NCBI GenBank assembly: GCA_030141605.1
Contig: JAQGDQ010002476.1
Location: 1-22,339, forward strand
DNA: 22,339 nucleotides
Direction: 5' to 3'
Source: Tubiluchus corallicola
Lineage: Eukaryota > Animalia > Priapulida
The position numbers were made by a program, and so were the translations under genes. Positions 1 through 9,704 of the stretch are shown one piece after another; the first letter of the stretch is position 1; the number at the start of each line of letters is the position of its first letter. The notes beneath the pieces are model-generated. The model had not been told where the DNA came from and searched no databases. It saw only the letters and a list, made by a program, of their open reading frames with translations.

Positions 1-188
1 AAGATACTCTCCTTTCATCCGCAACTAGGCAGGAACGATTTGAAGCGAGCTTTCCGGAGCACGTACACCAACCATTTATACAGAGCGTGGTATACGAGCT
101 TTTGGGTAAGGGGGAACATCCATCTTCCTTGGAAAAGTCAGTTCATGCAAACTTTATTGCGACTAGCATTCTGGAACAAAACCGCTAA
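1..188 (+). CDS. Partial (3' end) probable Gfo/Idh/MocA family oxidoreductase
   Basis: Frame starting at base 3 is open from the window edge: DTLLSSATRQERFEASFPEHVHQPFIQSVVYELLGKGEHPSSLEKSVHANFIATSILEQNR*, TAA at 186-188. The P-x-HV(H/Q)QP-x-IQ-x-(I/V)V-x-EL-x-G-x-G-x-x-PS pattern resembles, from memory, C-termini of Gfo/Idh/MocA proteins. Not in the supplied ORF track. Confidence 0.6.
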   Translation, partial: DTLLSSATRQERFEASFPEHVHQPFIQSVVYELLGKGEHPSSLEKSVHANFIATSILEQNR

Positions 189-311
189 CTTAAATCGGCT
201 CGTGCCGATCGGTTATCCGTCGAAAGCGCAAATTTGCTGCATAGCTTTCTGGATTATGCTAGATTTAAAGACACATTGCACTAAATAGTCGTTGGAAACA
301 GGAGTGAAATT

Positions 312-1310
312 ATGATTAGAGTACCGTTTGAAGAGATGCGCGCTGAATTTAAGAGGGTTTTGTTGAGCAAGGGTGTTGATCAGTTTGTGGCGGATATTTG
401 TTCTGAAATTTTTGCAGAATCATCCCTTGACGGCATTTACTCACACGGAGTTAATAGATTTCCCAGATTGATATCATACATAGATAAGGGGTATGTGGAC
501 GTCAACGCAACGCCCGTGAGGTTGGACAATATGGGAGCTTTTGAGCGCTGGGATGGACGCCTTGGCTTAGGCAGCTACAACGCCACGTTGTGTATGGAGC
601 GAGCCATGGAATTAGCTGATGAGTACGGTATTGGTTGTGTTGCCATACGCAATACAAATCACTGGATGCGTGGAGGTACCTACGGTTGGCAAGCAGCGCG
701 AAAAGGCTACGCCGCCATATGCTGGACAAATACGTTGCCAAATATGCCCGCCTGGGGAGCAAAAGACTGTCGCTTGGGGAACAATCCGATGGTGCTTGCA
801 GTACCTGGAGAAAATCCGGTAGTAGTTGACACAGCCTTAGCCCAATATTCTTATGGTAAACTTGAAGAGACGAGAATCGCAGAAAAGAAGCTGCAGGTAG
901 CTGGAGGATACGACGAAGATGGCAAGCTGACAGATGATCCCGCAAAGATCGAAGCCACGATGCGCCCCCTTCCAATAGGCTACTGGAAGGGCTCTGCCAT
1001 ATCTATAGTTTTGGACATGGCAGTATCTATATTGGCAGATGGCAACGCATCAGGTGACATTGGAAAGCTCGGAGATGAATATAGTGTGTCCCAGATATTC
1101 ATTCTGTTTAACGTAAAAAAGTTTGGAAACAGAGATGATGTGTTGCCAAAAATAAACAACATCATAGATTATATAAAGGGCAGTACTCCGGTTGATTCCG
1201 ATGTGGAGATACGCTATCCCGGTGAAAGGGCGATTCGTTCGCGCAAAGACAACATGGAAAACGGCATACCAGTTAAAAAATATATATGGGACAGCATCAA
1301 GAAGATGTAA
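312..1310 (+). CDS. dlgD: 3-dehydro-L-gulonate 2-dehydrogenase (2,3-diketo-L-gulonate reductase), Ldh_2 family
   Basis: 332 aa; motifs DGIYSHGVNRFPR, RNTNHWMRGGTYGWQAA, ICWTN-x-x-PNMPAWG, GNNP and LPIGYWKGS are characteristic of YiaK/DlgD; AGGAG RBS just upstream of the ATG. Confidence 0.92.
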   Translation: MIRVPFEEMRAEFKRVLLSKGVDQFVADICSEIFAESSLDGIYSHGVNRFPRLISYIDKGYVDVNATPVRLDNMGAFERWDGRLGLGSYNATLCMERAMELADEYGIGCVAIRNTNHWMRGGTYGWQAARKGYAAICWTNTLPNMPAWGAKDCRLGNNPMVLAVPGENPVVVDTALAQYSYGKLEETRIAEKKLQVAGGYDEDGKLTDDPAKIEATMRPLPIGYWKGSAISIVLDMAVSILADGNASGDIGKLGDEYSVSQIFILFNVKKFGNRDDVLPKINNIIDYIKGSTPVDSDVEIRYPGERAIRSRKDNMENGIPVKKYIWDSIKKM

Positions 1311-1317
1311 AGTCGTG

Positions 1318-1346
1318 TTGTTTTGATTGGCTTAAAATGGTATAAG
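1318..1346 (+). promoter_or_regulatory. Putative sigma70 promoter of the prepilin-like gene
   Basis: TTGTTT (1318-1323), 17 nt spacer, TATAAG (1341-1346) preceded by TGG (extended -10 TGn). Confidence 0.4.
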
Positions 1347-1383
1347 TCGTTAGTTGTAAATTATATGCTATAGGTGCAGTTTT

Positions 1384-2070
1384 ATGTATAGGAAAGGTTT
1401 TACTCTGATTGAGATGGCTGTGGTAATAGTGGTGATCGGCCTTATACTGGGGATGGCTCTGAAGGCAACCGATATGATCCAAACGGCCAAGATAAGGTCT
1501 GAGGTCACAAAAATAACTAAAATTTCTGCAGCCATTGGTAGTTATTACGGCAAATACGGTATCATGCCGGGGAGCGATCCGATCCATATAGATGCAAGAT
1601 ATGCGGATCTGGTAGTTGAAGATCTTGACACAGAGGGCTTCTTGACGTTGAACGACTTCCTCATAGGCATTAAACACAAAGATCGTACAGACACACACTA
1701 CTACGCGCTTACATCCTGCACGACCTTCGCTGAAAGTTCCGGATATATCAGATGTGTATATCAAACCGGCGCTATTTGCTCAATTAATCCGGCCTTGCCA
1801 AACTTATACAGAATCGATTCCGTATGCGTTGTGCCTCACACCAGTGTTCAAGGGCTTACGACAAATAGGAGCACTGACACATACGCAGATATTGCGTGTA
1901 TATTTGAGGGGGGGCTCGACGATGGAGACCCAGAGGCGGGTAATGCACAATATTGGTTTTCTGGAAACAATGAAAATGACGTATTACTGGGCATAGAAAG
2001 CCCTAGCGAATGCAGACAGCTCAACCTTGACGGAGTGGCTTTAGAGGGACTCATTATTTTTCGACACTAA
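1384..2070 (+). CDS. Prepilin-type N-terminal cleavage/methylation domain protein (type IV pilin / T2SS pseudopilin-like)
   Basis: N-terminus MYRKG|FTLIEMAVVIVVIGLILG is a class III signal peptide with G-1, F+1, E+5 and a hydrophobic helix; 228 aa with 6 Cys in the globular part. Confidence 0.9.
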   Translation: MYRKGFTLIEMAVVIVVIGLILGMALKATDMIQTAKIRSEVTKITKISAAIGSYYGKYGIMPGSDPIHIDARYADLVVEDLDTEGFLTLNDFLIGIKHKDRTDTHYYALTSCTTFAESSGYIRCVYQTGAICSINPALPNLYRIDSVCVVPHTSVQGLTTNRSTDTYADIACIFEGGLDDGDPEAGNAQYWFSGNNENDVLLGIESPSECRQLNLDGVALEGLIIFRH

Positions 2071-2296
2071 TTTCCAGCCGCCACTATTTAGTCGACGTGC
2101 CCATAGCAATCCTGACAGCGTATTAGCTTTGCCTTGTTTTTTAAGAGACAACCTTAGCAAATTGTATGTGAGTGTAGTTGTGACCGTTCTTTTGCGTGGA
2201 TGCACCTTGGGTTTTACGGCATTATTTGTGGAAAAATTTGTGTTTTGAGTATAGAATACCGGACTTTTAATTTTTGAACATTGGAGACTTAAAAAG

Positions 2297-3363
2297 ATGA
2301 ACAAACGTGTGAAGAAGATACTAACACCAGCTATCGCCTTTGTGATAATAGCTGCCATTGTATTTATCGTGAGGCATAACGCATCGATAAGCAGGGCAGA
2401 ACCTGAGGTGGAGAGGGATATTGTTGTAAACTTGATGGAGATGCATCCTGTTGATGTTGACGAAACATTTGTGGTACCTGGTAACGTTACAAGCTGGGAA
2501 ACGGTAAACCTTGCCTATGAGACTTCCGGTGTTATTAAAGAGATAATGGTGGAAGAGGGAGATACGGTTACCAAGGGTCAAACATTGCTAAAGATCGACT
2601 CTAGCATACAGAAAACCAACATGAACCAAGCAAAAGATTCTCTCGACTATGCGAGGACAAACTACAACAGAATGAAAAATCTGTATGAAAAAAATACAAT
2701 AAGCCAGCAATCATTTGACGATGCTGAAAACCTTTACTGACCAGTAAAAACAATTATAGACCGAGCACAACAGAATATGAGAAAACGATCTTAAAGAGCC
2801 CTATCAATGGTGTGATCAACTATAGACACGCAACTATCGGCGAATATGCGTCAACTGGTACTCCGTCTTTTGAAATCGTAAATGCGAGCAGACTAAAGGT
2901 TGAAGCCGCCATACCGGAAAGAGAAATTAACTACCTCAAAGCTGGCCAAGAGGTTACGCTCACAAGAGCTCTTCTCTTGGAAGATAATGTTATCTACAAG
3001 GGCAAGATAATATTTTTGAGCAGTGAAGCAACTGCAAGATCGAAGACGTACCGTTGCGTAATTGAGCTGGAAAATACCGAAAACTTGATACCAGGCATGA
3101 TAATGAGAGCAACGCTGCTCAAGAGACAGCACAAAAATGTGTACAGAATTCCTCTTGGAAGCCTCGTTAAGCATGATGACGATGTTTTTATCTATACGAT
3201 CGATGAAGACAATATGGCAAAAGAGATCACCCCCACCGTGAGTCACCTTGATGGGGATTATTTGATAGTAACAGAAGGACTAAACCCATCTGACCAGCTG
3301 GTGGTGGAGGGTCAATATTTTCTCCACGACGGCTCTGAAGTAGTGGTTAAGGATAGGAACTAA
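2297..3363 (+). CDS. RND efflux periplasmic adaptor (membrane fusion protein), frameshifted near 2728-2740
   Basis: ORF 2297..2740 (N-terminal TM, SGVIKEIMVEEGDTVTKGQTLLKID lipoyl half, helical hairpin) continues in a shifted frame (LTSKNNY...EYEKTILKSPINGVINYRH) into ORF 2812..3363; GGAG RBS upstream of 2297. Confidence 0.88.
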
Positions 3364-3366
3364 AGT

Positions 3367-6300
3367 ATGCAAGTTACTAGACTCGGCTTAAAAAGAAAGA
3401 GTACAGTATTTACATTCATGCTTCTTCTTGTGATCATGGGTTCTGTAAGCTACATTTCATTGCCCAGAGAAGCTTTTCCGGAAGTAAAAATACCGTACGT
3501 ATTCGTAATGACCCCCCACGAGGGGGTCAGCGCAGAGGACATGGAATCCCTCATAACCACCAAGCTGGAAACAAAGCTGGTTGGCGTTAAGATGGTTGAG
3601 AAGATGACATCCATAAGCTCTGAGGGATTATCCCAAATCTTCATAGAGTTTTCAACGGAAGCCGACATTGAAGATGCTTTGAGATGGGTCAAAGACAAGG
3701 TTGATGAGGCAGAAGGTGATCTTCCAACCGACCTTGAAAATTCTCCATCTGTGGAGGAGATAGACCTTGACGACATGCCAATAATTACGCTCGGGGTATA
3801 CGGCAGGGTCAGTGAGGCTGTTCTCAAAGCTGTTGCAGAGGAGATGCAGGACATCATTGAAGGTTTGCCCGGAGTTTTGGAAGCTGAAATATTTGGCGGC
3901 AGGGAGAGGGAGATCAAGGTAGTTTTTGATCAAGAAAGGCTTGCTGAGTATGGTATTACCACAGGGGAGATATACAACGTAATCAACCAGGAAAATGTAA
4001 ATATTCCCGGTGGAGCTCTTGAGATAGGCACCACAAAGTTTTTGATACGAAGCCCTGGAGAATTTAAAACTATCGATGAAATCTATAACTTGGTCGTGAG
4101 GATGGATGAGGACGGCCCCATATATGTGAGGGACATCGCCGTTGTGGTGGACTCTTACAAAGATAGGGAGAGCTATTCTCGTTTCAATGGAGACACGTCC
4201 GTTTCCATATCCGTAAAGAAGCGGGTAGGGGCAAATATTGTAGAAATGGGCAGAGCGATCAAATATGTGGCGTCCGAATTTGAAAAACGGCTTCCTGGCA
4301 ACGTACATATAGCCATCACGGGAGATATGTCCGCAGATATTAAACTGATGGTAAATGAGCTCGAAAACAGCATATTCTCAGGTCTAGTGCTTGTGATAGC
4401 GGTACTGTTTCTTTTCCTCGGTTTAAGGGCTGCCATATTTGTTGCAATGGCGATTCCGTTCTCGATGCTCATTACGTTTATATCTATCGAACTGGTCGGT
4501 TTTACACTAAACATGGTAGTGCTTTTTAGTCTGATAATTGCCCTTGGTCTTCTTGTGGATAACGCTATAGTTATCGTGGAAAACATTTACAGGCATATGC
4601 AAATTGGTAAAAACAGAATGCAGGCGGCAAAAGATGCGGTAAGCGAAGTCGGCTGGCCAGTAATTACATCCACTCTTACTACCGTTCTTGCGTTTTTTCC
4701 TCTGCTCTTTTGGGGTGGTATTATGGGAGAGTTTTTAAAATATCTGCCCGCCACTCTCATCCTTGCATTGATAGCTTCGCTCTTTGTGGCATTGGTCATA
4801 AATCCCGTTATCTGCTCCACGTTTATGAGTGTCAAAAAGGAGAACATGAAAGTCGGTGAAGATGGTACCAAAAAGAGGGGCAAGTTTGTCAGCGGTTATG
4901 TGTCCATATTGACTGTCGCTATACGTTTCCGCTACCTTGTGTTTGTTGGGGCTGTGATGTTCCTATTTCTCACAGGGTTCTTGTATGGCAAACTCAATAC
5001 AGGTGTGGATCTCTTCCCCAGCATGGAGCCGAGCATATCGAGAGTTGTCATCGATTCCCCTGAGGGGACCAATGTAGACGCAGAAGACAAAATCGCACAA
5101 GCTGTCGAAAGAGTGTTGTTAAAAGAGCAAGACATCGAACAGGTATTGGCAGAAGTCTCTGCCGGCAATAATAAGGTTACCATCAACTTCCACGATCGTT
5201 CGGATCGCGTGGAATCTTCATTTATTACCATGGCTAGACTTAGAAAAGCATTTGCCGTGGTGCCGGGCGTTGATATAACTGTAGAAGAGTTGGAAGAGGG
5301 CCCACCGGTGGGAGACCCTATATCTATAGAGATAAGCGGCAAAGATATTGAGGTCCTTGAAAAACTTTTGGACCAAATCAAAGCAGAGGTACTGAAGATA
5401 GAAGGTGCAATCGATATCAATGACGATTACATCAAGTCAAAGCCGGAGATCAGCGTAACCGTAGATAGGGAAAAGGCGGGTCTTCTCGGGATATCCACAT
5501 CCCAAATAGCGAGCACCATAAAAGCCAGCATAAGCGGAACCAAGATCGGTACATACAGAGAAAATGAAGAGGATTACGACATCACTGTCCGTCTTCCTGA
5601 GAAAAGAAGGGAAAATCTAAGGGATATAGAAAACATTCTGCTAGTCTCCAACTACGGCTACAATATTCCTTTAAAAGATGTTGCTACAATCGAGATCGGT
5701 ACGGGGTTCGGTTCCATCAAAAGGAAGGATCAGAAAAGAACATTGACCGTCTCTGGCGGTATCGAAGAGGGTTTTAGAGCAAGCGAAATATTAACGCAGG
5801 TGCAGTCGATCATCAGTGAAATAGAAATCGGTAAGGGTATGAAGTAAACCTCACGGGAGAAGCAGAAGAGATGGAAAAAGCGGCAGCTTTCCTCATAAAA
5901 GCCTTTTTAGTGGCGGTATTTATGATTATGATGGTTCTTATCACTCAGTTTAACTCCATCAAGCAATCATTTATAGTGATAACGTCCGTCGTCCTTTCAT
6001 TATCCGGTGTTCTGTGGAGCCTTATGATTACGGGCAACGCTTTCTACATAATAATGACCGGAACAGGCGTCATCTCTCTCGCGGGGATTGTTGTGAACAA
6101 TTCAATAGTACTGATCGATTACACAAATCAATTGAGGGACAAAGGTTACAAGATAATCGATGCGGCAATTGAAGCGGGGGCAACTCGTATGAGGCCCGTC
6201 CTTTTGACAGCAACCACCACTACAGTGAGCCTTATCCCCATGGCATACGGCATAAGCATCAATGTCAGGGATTTTTCATTGATAACGGGATCAGATAGTG

Positions 6301-6482
6301 CAGACTATTGGGGGCCAATGGCCATGGCTATCATATTTGGACTGATCGTTGCCACAGCGTTGACCCTTTTTGTGACTCCTTCCCTTTACTGCATCATGGA
6401 GTCTTGGAACAAGAGGAAAGTTAGAAAAACTTACCTCACTGGCAAAAAGATAATCGCTACAAAGATTATGTCTATGAAATAA
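3367..6482 (+). CDS. RND efflux permease (AcrB/AcrD/AcrF family), frameshifted near 5836
   Basis: ORFs 3367..5847 and 5871..6482 join after adding 1 nt near 5836 (…KG YEVNLTGEAEEMEKAA…), giving about 1040 aa; motifs LPREAFPEV, GLLVDNAIVIVENI, GIVVNNSIVLID, RMRPVLLTA and TLFVTP. Confidence 0.9.
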
Positions 6483-6510
6483 CATTAAAAAAATGATTAG
6501 GTTCTAACTT

Positions 6511-7797
6511 ATGAGTAATGCCATCAAGAAGATCCTTTCTGACGTACCCTTACCATCTATGGTGGGGGTGCGCCAGAAATTTGTTATGCCTGACCCTATA
6601 GATGTTGAAAAAACATTCCTTCACAAAATTCAATCAACCGATATATTGAGCACTGTCAAAAAAGGGGACAATATTGCGATAGCCGTTGGCAGCAGGGGCA
6701 TAAGCAACATGCGTCTGATTGTTGAGCTTTTGGGCAAGGTTTTGTCGATGAAGGGTGCAAAACCTTTTATCGTGCCTGCTATGGGTAGCCACGGTGGCGC
6801 AACTGCCGATGGGCAGGAAAATGTCTTGAAAAGCCTCGGTATATCTCACGATTCTACAGGCATTCCTGTGAGGTCTTCCATGGAAGCGGTTCAGATCGGA
6901 ACTACTGAGACGGGTCTTCCCGTGTTGTATGACAAACTCGCACTTGAAGCCGATGGTTTGATCCTTGTCAACAGAATCAAACCCCACGTGTCATTTCGAG
7001 GAGATTATGAAAGCGGCATCATGAAGATGATAGCCATAGGTCTTGGCAAACAGAAAGGGGCAGAAATCTGCCATCAACTGGGCTTTGACAGCATGGAAAG
7101 AAATATCTTGGATATGGGGAGCCTCGCAATACATAAAGGCAACATTATCTTAGCCGTGGGCCTGTTGGAAGATGCTGAGCACAATACCGCAAAGGTAGAG
7201 ATAATAAGAAAAGAGGACATTTTGAATGTTGAGCCACGCCTTCTCGAAGAAGCTTGGAAACTGTTGCCAAAACTATACATCAACGATCTGGACGTTCTCA
7301 TAATGGATGAAATAGGCAAAGATATCAGTGGAACAGGATTCGACACAAACATAGTCGGAAGATATTATTCCCAAAGCATGAACAAAAATAGCAAAGTAGA
7401 CACCCCAAATATCTCGATGCTGGTAGCTCTCGACATTACACAAAAATCCGGAGGAAACGCAAACGGCATAGGTCTGGTCGACGTCATCTCAAGAAGGGCT
7501 TTTGACAAGATAAGGTTTGAACACACATATCCGAATGCTCTCACTACCACGATGCCTTTAGGCATCAAAATCCCCATGGTGATGGAGAATGACTCGTTAG
7601 CCATAAGAGCCGCCATCAAGATGTGCAATACGCTGGATATGAACAGCATCAGACTGGGAAGGATAAAGAACACCATCTCTGTGAGTGAAATAGAGCTGTC
7701 AGCCAATCTGATCAATGAGATAAAAAACAACCCGAATACGGAAATTACAACTGACGAGTACAGGATGCAGTTTGACAACCTTTGCAACCTAATATAG
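6511..7797 (+). CDS. Lactate racemase (LarA) superfamily / DUF2088 domain protein, probable nickel-pincer-dependent isomerase
   Basis: 428 aa; motifs IAIAVGSRGI, PAMGSHGGAT, NRIKPH, ESGIMKMIAIGLGK and GKDISGTGFDTN are typical of distant LarA homologues. Substrate unknown. Confidence 0.75.
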   Translation: MSNAIKKILSDVPLPSMVGVRQKFVMPDPIDVEKTFLHKIQSTDILSTVKKGDNIAIAVGSRGISNMRLIVELLGKVLSMKGAKPFIVPAMGSHGGATADGQENVLKSLGISHDSTGIPVRSSMEAVQIGTTETGLPVLYDKLALEADGLILVNRIKPHVSFRGDYESGIMKMIAIGLGKQKGAEICHQLGFDSMERNILDMGSLAIHKGNIILAVGLLEDAEHNTAKVEIIRKEDILNVEPRLLEEAWKLLPKLYINDLDVLIMDEIGKDISGTGFDTNIVGRYYSQSMNKNSKVDTPNISMLVALDITQKSGGNANGIGLVDVISRRAFDKIRFEHTYPNALTTTMPLGIKIPMVMENDSLAIRAAIKMCNTLDMNSIRLGRIKNTISVSEIELSANLINEIKNNPNTEITTDEYRMQFDNLCNLI

Positions 7798-7932
7798 ATC
7801 GCACCCAAAGGCTCTGAAGCACTTACTTGCTACACACTACAAGCCTCTCCACAGCCTAAACCCAGTAGAATAATGATCCAGAAGCTGCTTCAACCCATAA
7901 TAGATACAACAGCGATAGAACTTCAAGCCCTT

Positions 7933-8391
7933 CTAAAAAATTGCAAAAAGGATACCGCAAATGATGAGAGTGTATACCCCCGCCCCAATATCATCCAACA
8001 TTATTCCCATGCCACCGCTGTACTTTTCTTCCAAAACTTTTATCGGATAAGGCTTTATTATATCAAATATGCGAAACAGTATGAACGATACAACCAAAAA
8101 CATAAAGCTGACATTAAAGAATATTAGGACAAAATAGTAACCGACAATCTCATCAATGACCACTTCTGCCGGGTCTTCCTTGCCCGTTTTTTCCACATAG
8201 TAGTTGCTGACCTTCACGCCAAAAATGAATAGAGCCACGCATATTGCCAACTTTAAGGCAAATGGCAAGAAGCATGTCAAGAGAAGCAGAGGAAACGCTA
8301 TCAAAGTCCCCACGGTTCCCGGAGCGTACCAAGAATACCCAGTATAAAATCCTGTGGCTATCATTGTATAAAATTTATCCATTGAGTTCAT
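7933..8391 (-). CDS. pgpA: Phosphatidylglycerophosphatase A
   Basis: Motifs ATGFYTGY-x-x-x-APGTVGT, DPAEVVIDEIVG, LFRIFDIIKPYPI and GGMGIMLDD; overlaps the hisA stop; GGAGG upstream of 8391 (alternative ATG at 8382). Confidence 0.93.
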   Translation of the reverse strand: MNSMDKFYTMIATGFYTGYSWYAPGTVGTLIAFPLLLLTCFLPFALKLAICVALFIFGVKVSNYYVEKTGKEDPAEVVIDEIVGYYFVLIFFNVSFMFLVVSFILFRIFDIIKPYPIKVLEEKYSGGMGIMLDDIGAGVYTLIICGILFAIF

Positions 8392-9082
8392 CTAGCTTTA
8401 CCTCCCCGTCATAAAAAGCTTTTCCAAGTATGCACCCTTTAACACCGGAGATCTTCGACAATCTCTCGATATCATCAATACAGGATAGCCCCCCGGATGC
8501 TATTATGTCGAAGTCTATCCTTCCTGACAACTCCTCCATCTGTTTAAAGTTTGGCCCCTGGAGCATGCCGTCCTTTTCTATGTCCGTATATATGACGCTT
8601 TCCACATCATATCCTTTGTATTCATTTATAAGGTCGTCAGCTTTTTTGAATGTATTTTCCGTCCATCCATCGGATCTGACATAACCGTCTTTGGCATCAA
8701 CGCCTAGTATAATCTTCCCTTTGTATTCATCCAGAGCAAAATGTGTAAACTCTTTGTCTTTGACTATAACGGTGCCCAAAATCAGGTATGTTGCGCCGAT
8801 ATTAAAATAATCCCTAGCGCGCTCCCTGCTCCTTATACCTCCGCCTATCTCTATCTCCATGGATGCTTCTATGATGATTTTTTCTATTACGTCAAAATTC
8901 ACGGCAGAGCCACTCTTTGCCCCGTCAAGATCGACGATGTGCAACCTCTTAATGCCGTTATCCCTAAATATCTTCACCACATCCAAAGGGTCGTCATAAT
9001 ATGTGGTCACATCAAGATAATCGCCCTGTCTCAACCTGACCGCTTTTCCCTCTAAAAGATCTATAGCAGGAATAACTAACAC
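8375..9082 (-). CDS. hisA: ProFAR isomerase HisA
   Basis: VIPAIDL, VRLRQG, LHIVDLDGA, GGGIRS, YTDIEKDGML-x-G and ASGG motifs; likely start GTG at 9082 with GGAGG RBS (ORF track extends to 9103). Confidence 0.95.
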   Translation of the reverse strand: MLVIPAIDLLEGKAVRLRQGDYLDVTTYYDDPLDVVKIFRDNGIKRLHIVDLDGAKSGSAVNFDVIEKIIIEASMEIEIGGGIRSRERARDYFNIGATYLILGTVIVKDKEFTHFALDEYKGKIILGVDAKDGYVRSDGWTENTFKKADDLINEYKGYDVESVIYTDIEKDGMLQGPNFKQMEELSGRIDFDIIASGGLSCIDDIERLSKISGVKGCILGKAFYDGEVKLDELNG

Positions 9083-9083
9083 T

Positions 9084-9704
9084 TTAAATCCTCCATTCCG
9101 CAAAATTCTTTAGCATCGTGAGCCCTTTCTTTTGACTTTTTTCCGGATGAAACTGCGTAGCAGCAACATTATCCCGTATTACCATGGCGCTAAACTCTAC
9201 ACCATAAAATGACGACAGTGCAACAATATCCGCTTCAACAGCATCCACATAGTAGGAATGCACAAAATATGCAAAATCACCATCATAAACACCGTCTAGC
9301 AACGGATGTTGGAACCTTTTTTCAAAGGAGTTCCACCCCATATGGGGAATCTTTATCCGATCGTTGTCCATTTTGTCCGGGAATCTTCGAACTTCACCCT
9401 TAAACACAGACAGCCCGTCATGCTCGCCAGACTCGTAACTCTTCTCAAAGAGCAGCTGCATCCCGACGCATATACCAAAAAAAGGGTTGCCAGAATCGAT
9501 AAACTCAAAAATGGCATCGGTCAAACACGCCTTTTCAAGCCCATCTAGGCAATCTTGAAAAGAACCTTGACCAGGCAAAACAAGGCGCTCAGCCCCTCTA
9601 ATCCCCTCGGATGTGTCCACAATAGAAGCCTCAAAACCCAAGTATCTGAAAGCTTTTACGACGCTATAAAGATTGCCCGCACCATAATCTACAACGGATA
9701 CCAT
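9084..9704 (-). CDS. hisH: Imidazole glycerol phosphate synthase glutaminase subunit HisH
   Basis: VDYGAGNL, LPGQG, GICVGMQLL (catalytic Cys), IPHMGWN, YFVHSY and QFHPEKS. Confidence 0.96.
   Translation of the reverse strand: MVSVVDYGAGNLYSVVKAFRYLGFEASIVDTSEGIRGAERLVLPGQGSFQDCLDGLEKACLTDAIFEFIDSGNPFFGICVGMQLLFEKSYESGEHDGLSVFKGEVRRFPDKMDNDRIKIPHMGWNSFEKRFQHPLLDGVYDGDFAYFVHSYYVDAVEADIVALSSFYGVEFSAMVIRDNVAATQFHPEKSQKKGLTMLKNFAEWRI

Noticed and set aside
190-268. Hairpin ATCGGC-tcgt-GCCGAT and TTAAATC/GATTTAA inverted pair as a riboswitch or terminator
   Set aside because: Short stems, no U-tract and no known aptamer consensus.
40-288. 82-aa ORF from the track
   Set aside because: It overlaps the more protein-like frame ending at 188, has no RBS and no recognisable motifs.
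2738-2740. In-frame TGA in the RND adaptor as selenocysteine or readthrough
   Set aside because: The homologous sequence continues in a different frame, so an indel explains it; readthrough soon meets another stop.
3450-5420. Long antisense ORFs over the RND permease, and similar ones over his, ccm, gltX and der
   Set aside because: Shadow ORFs opposite well-supported genes, with no motifs.
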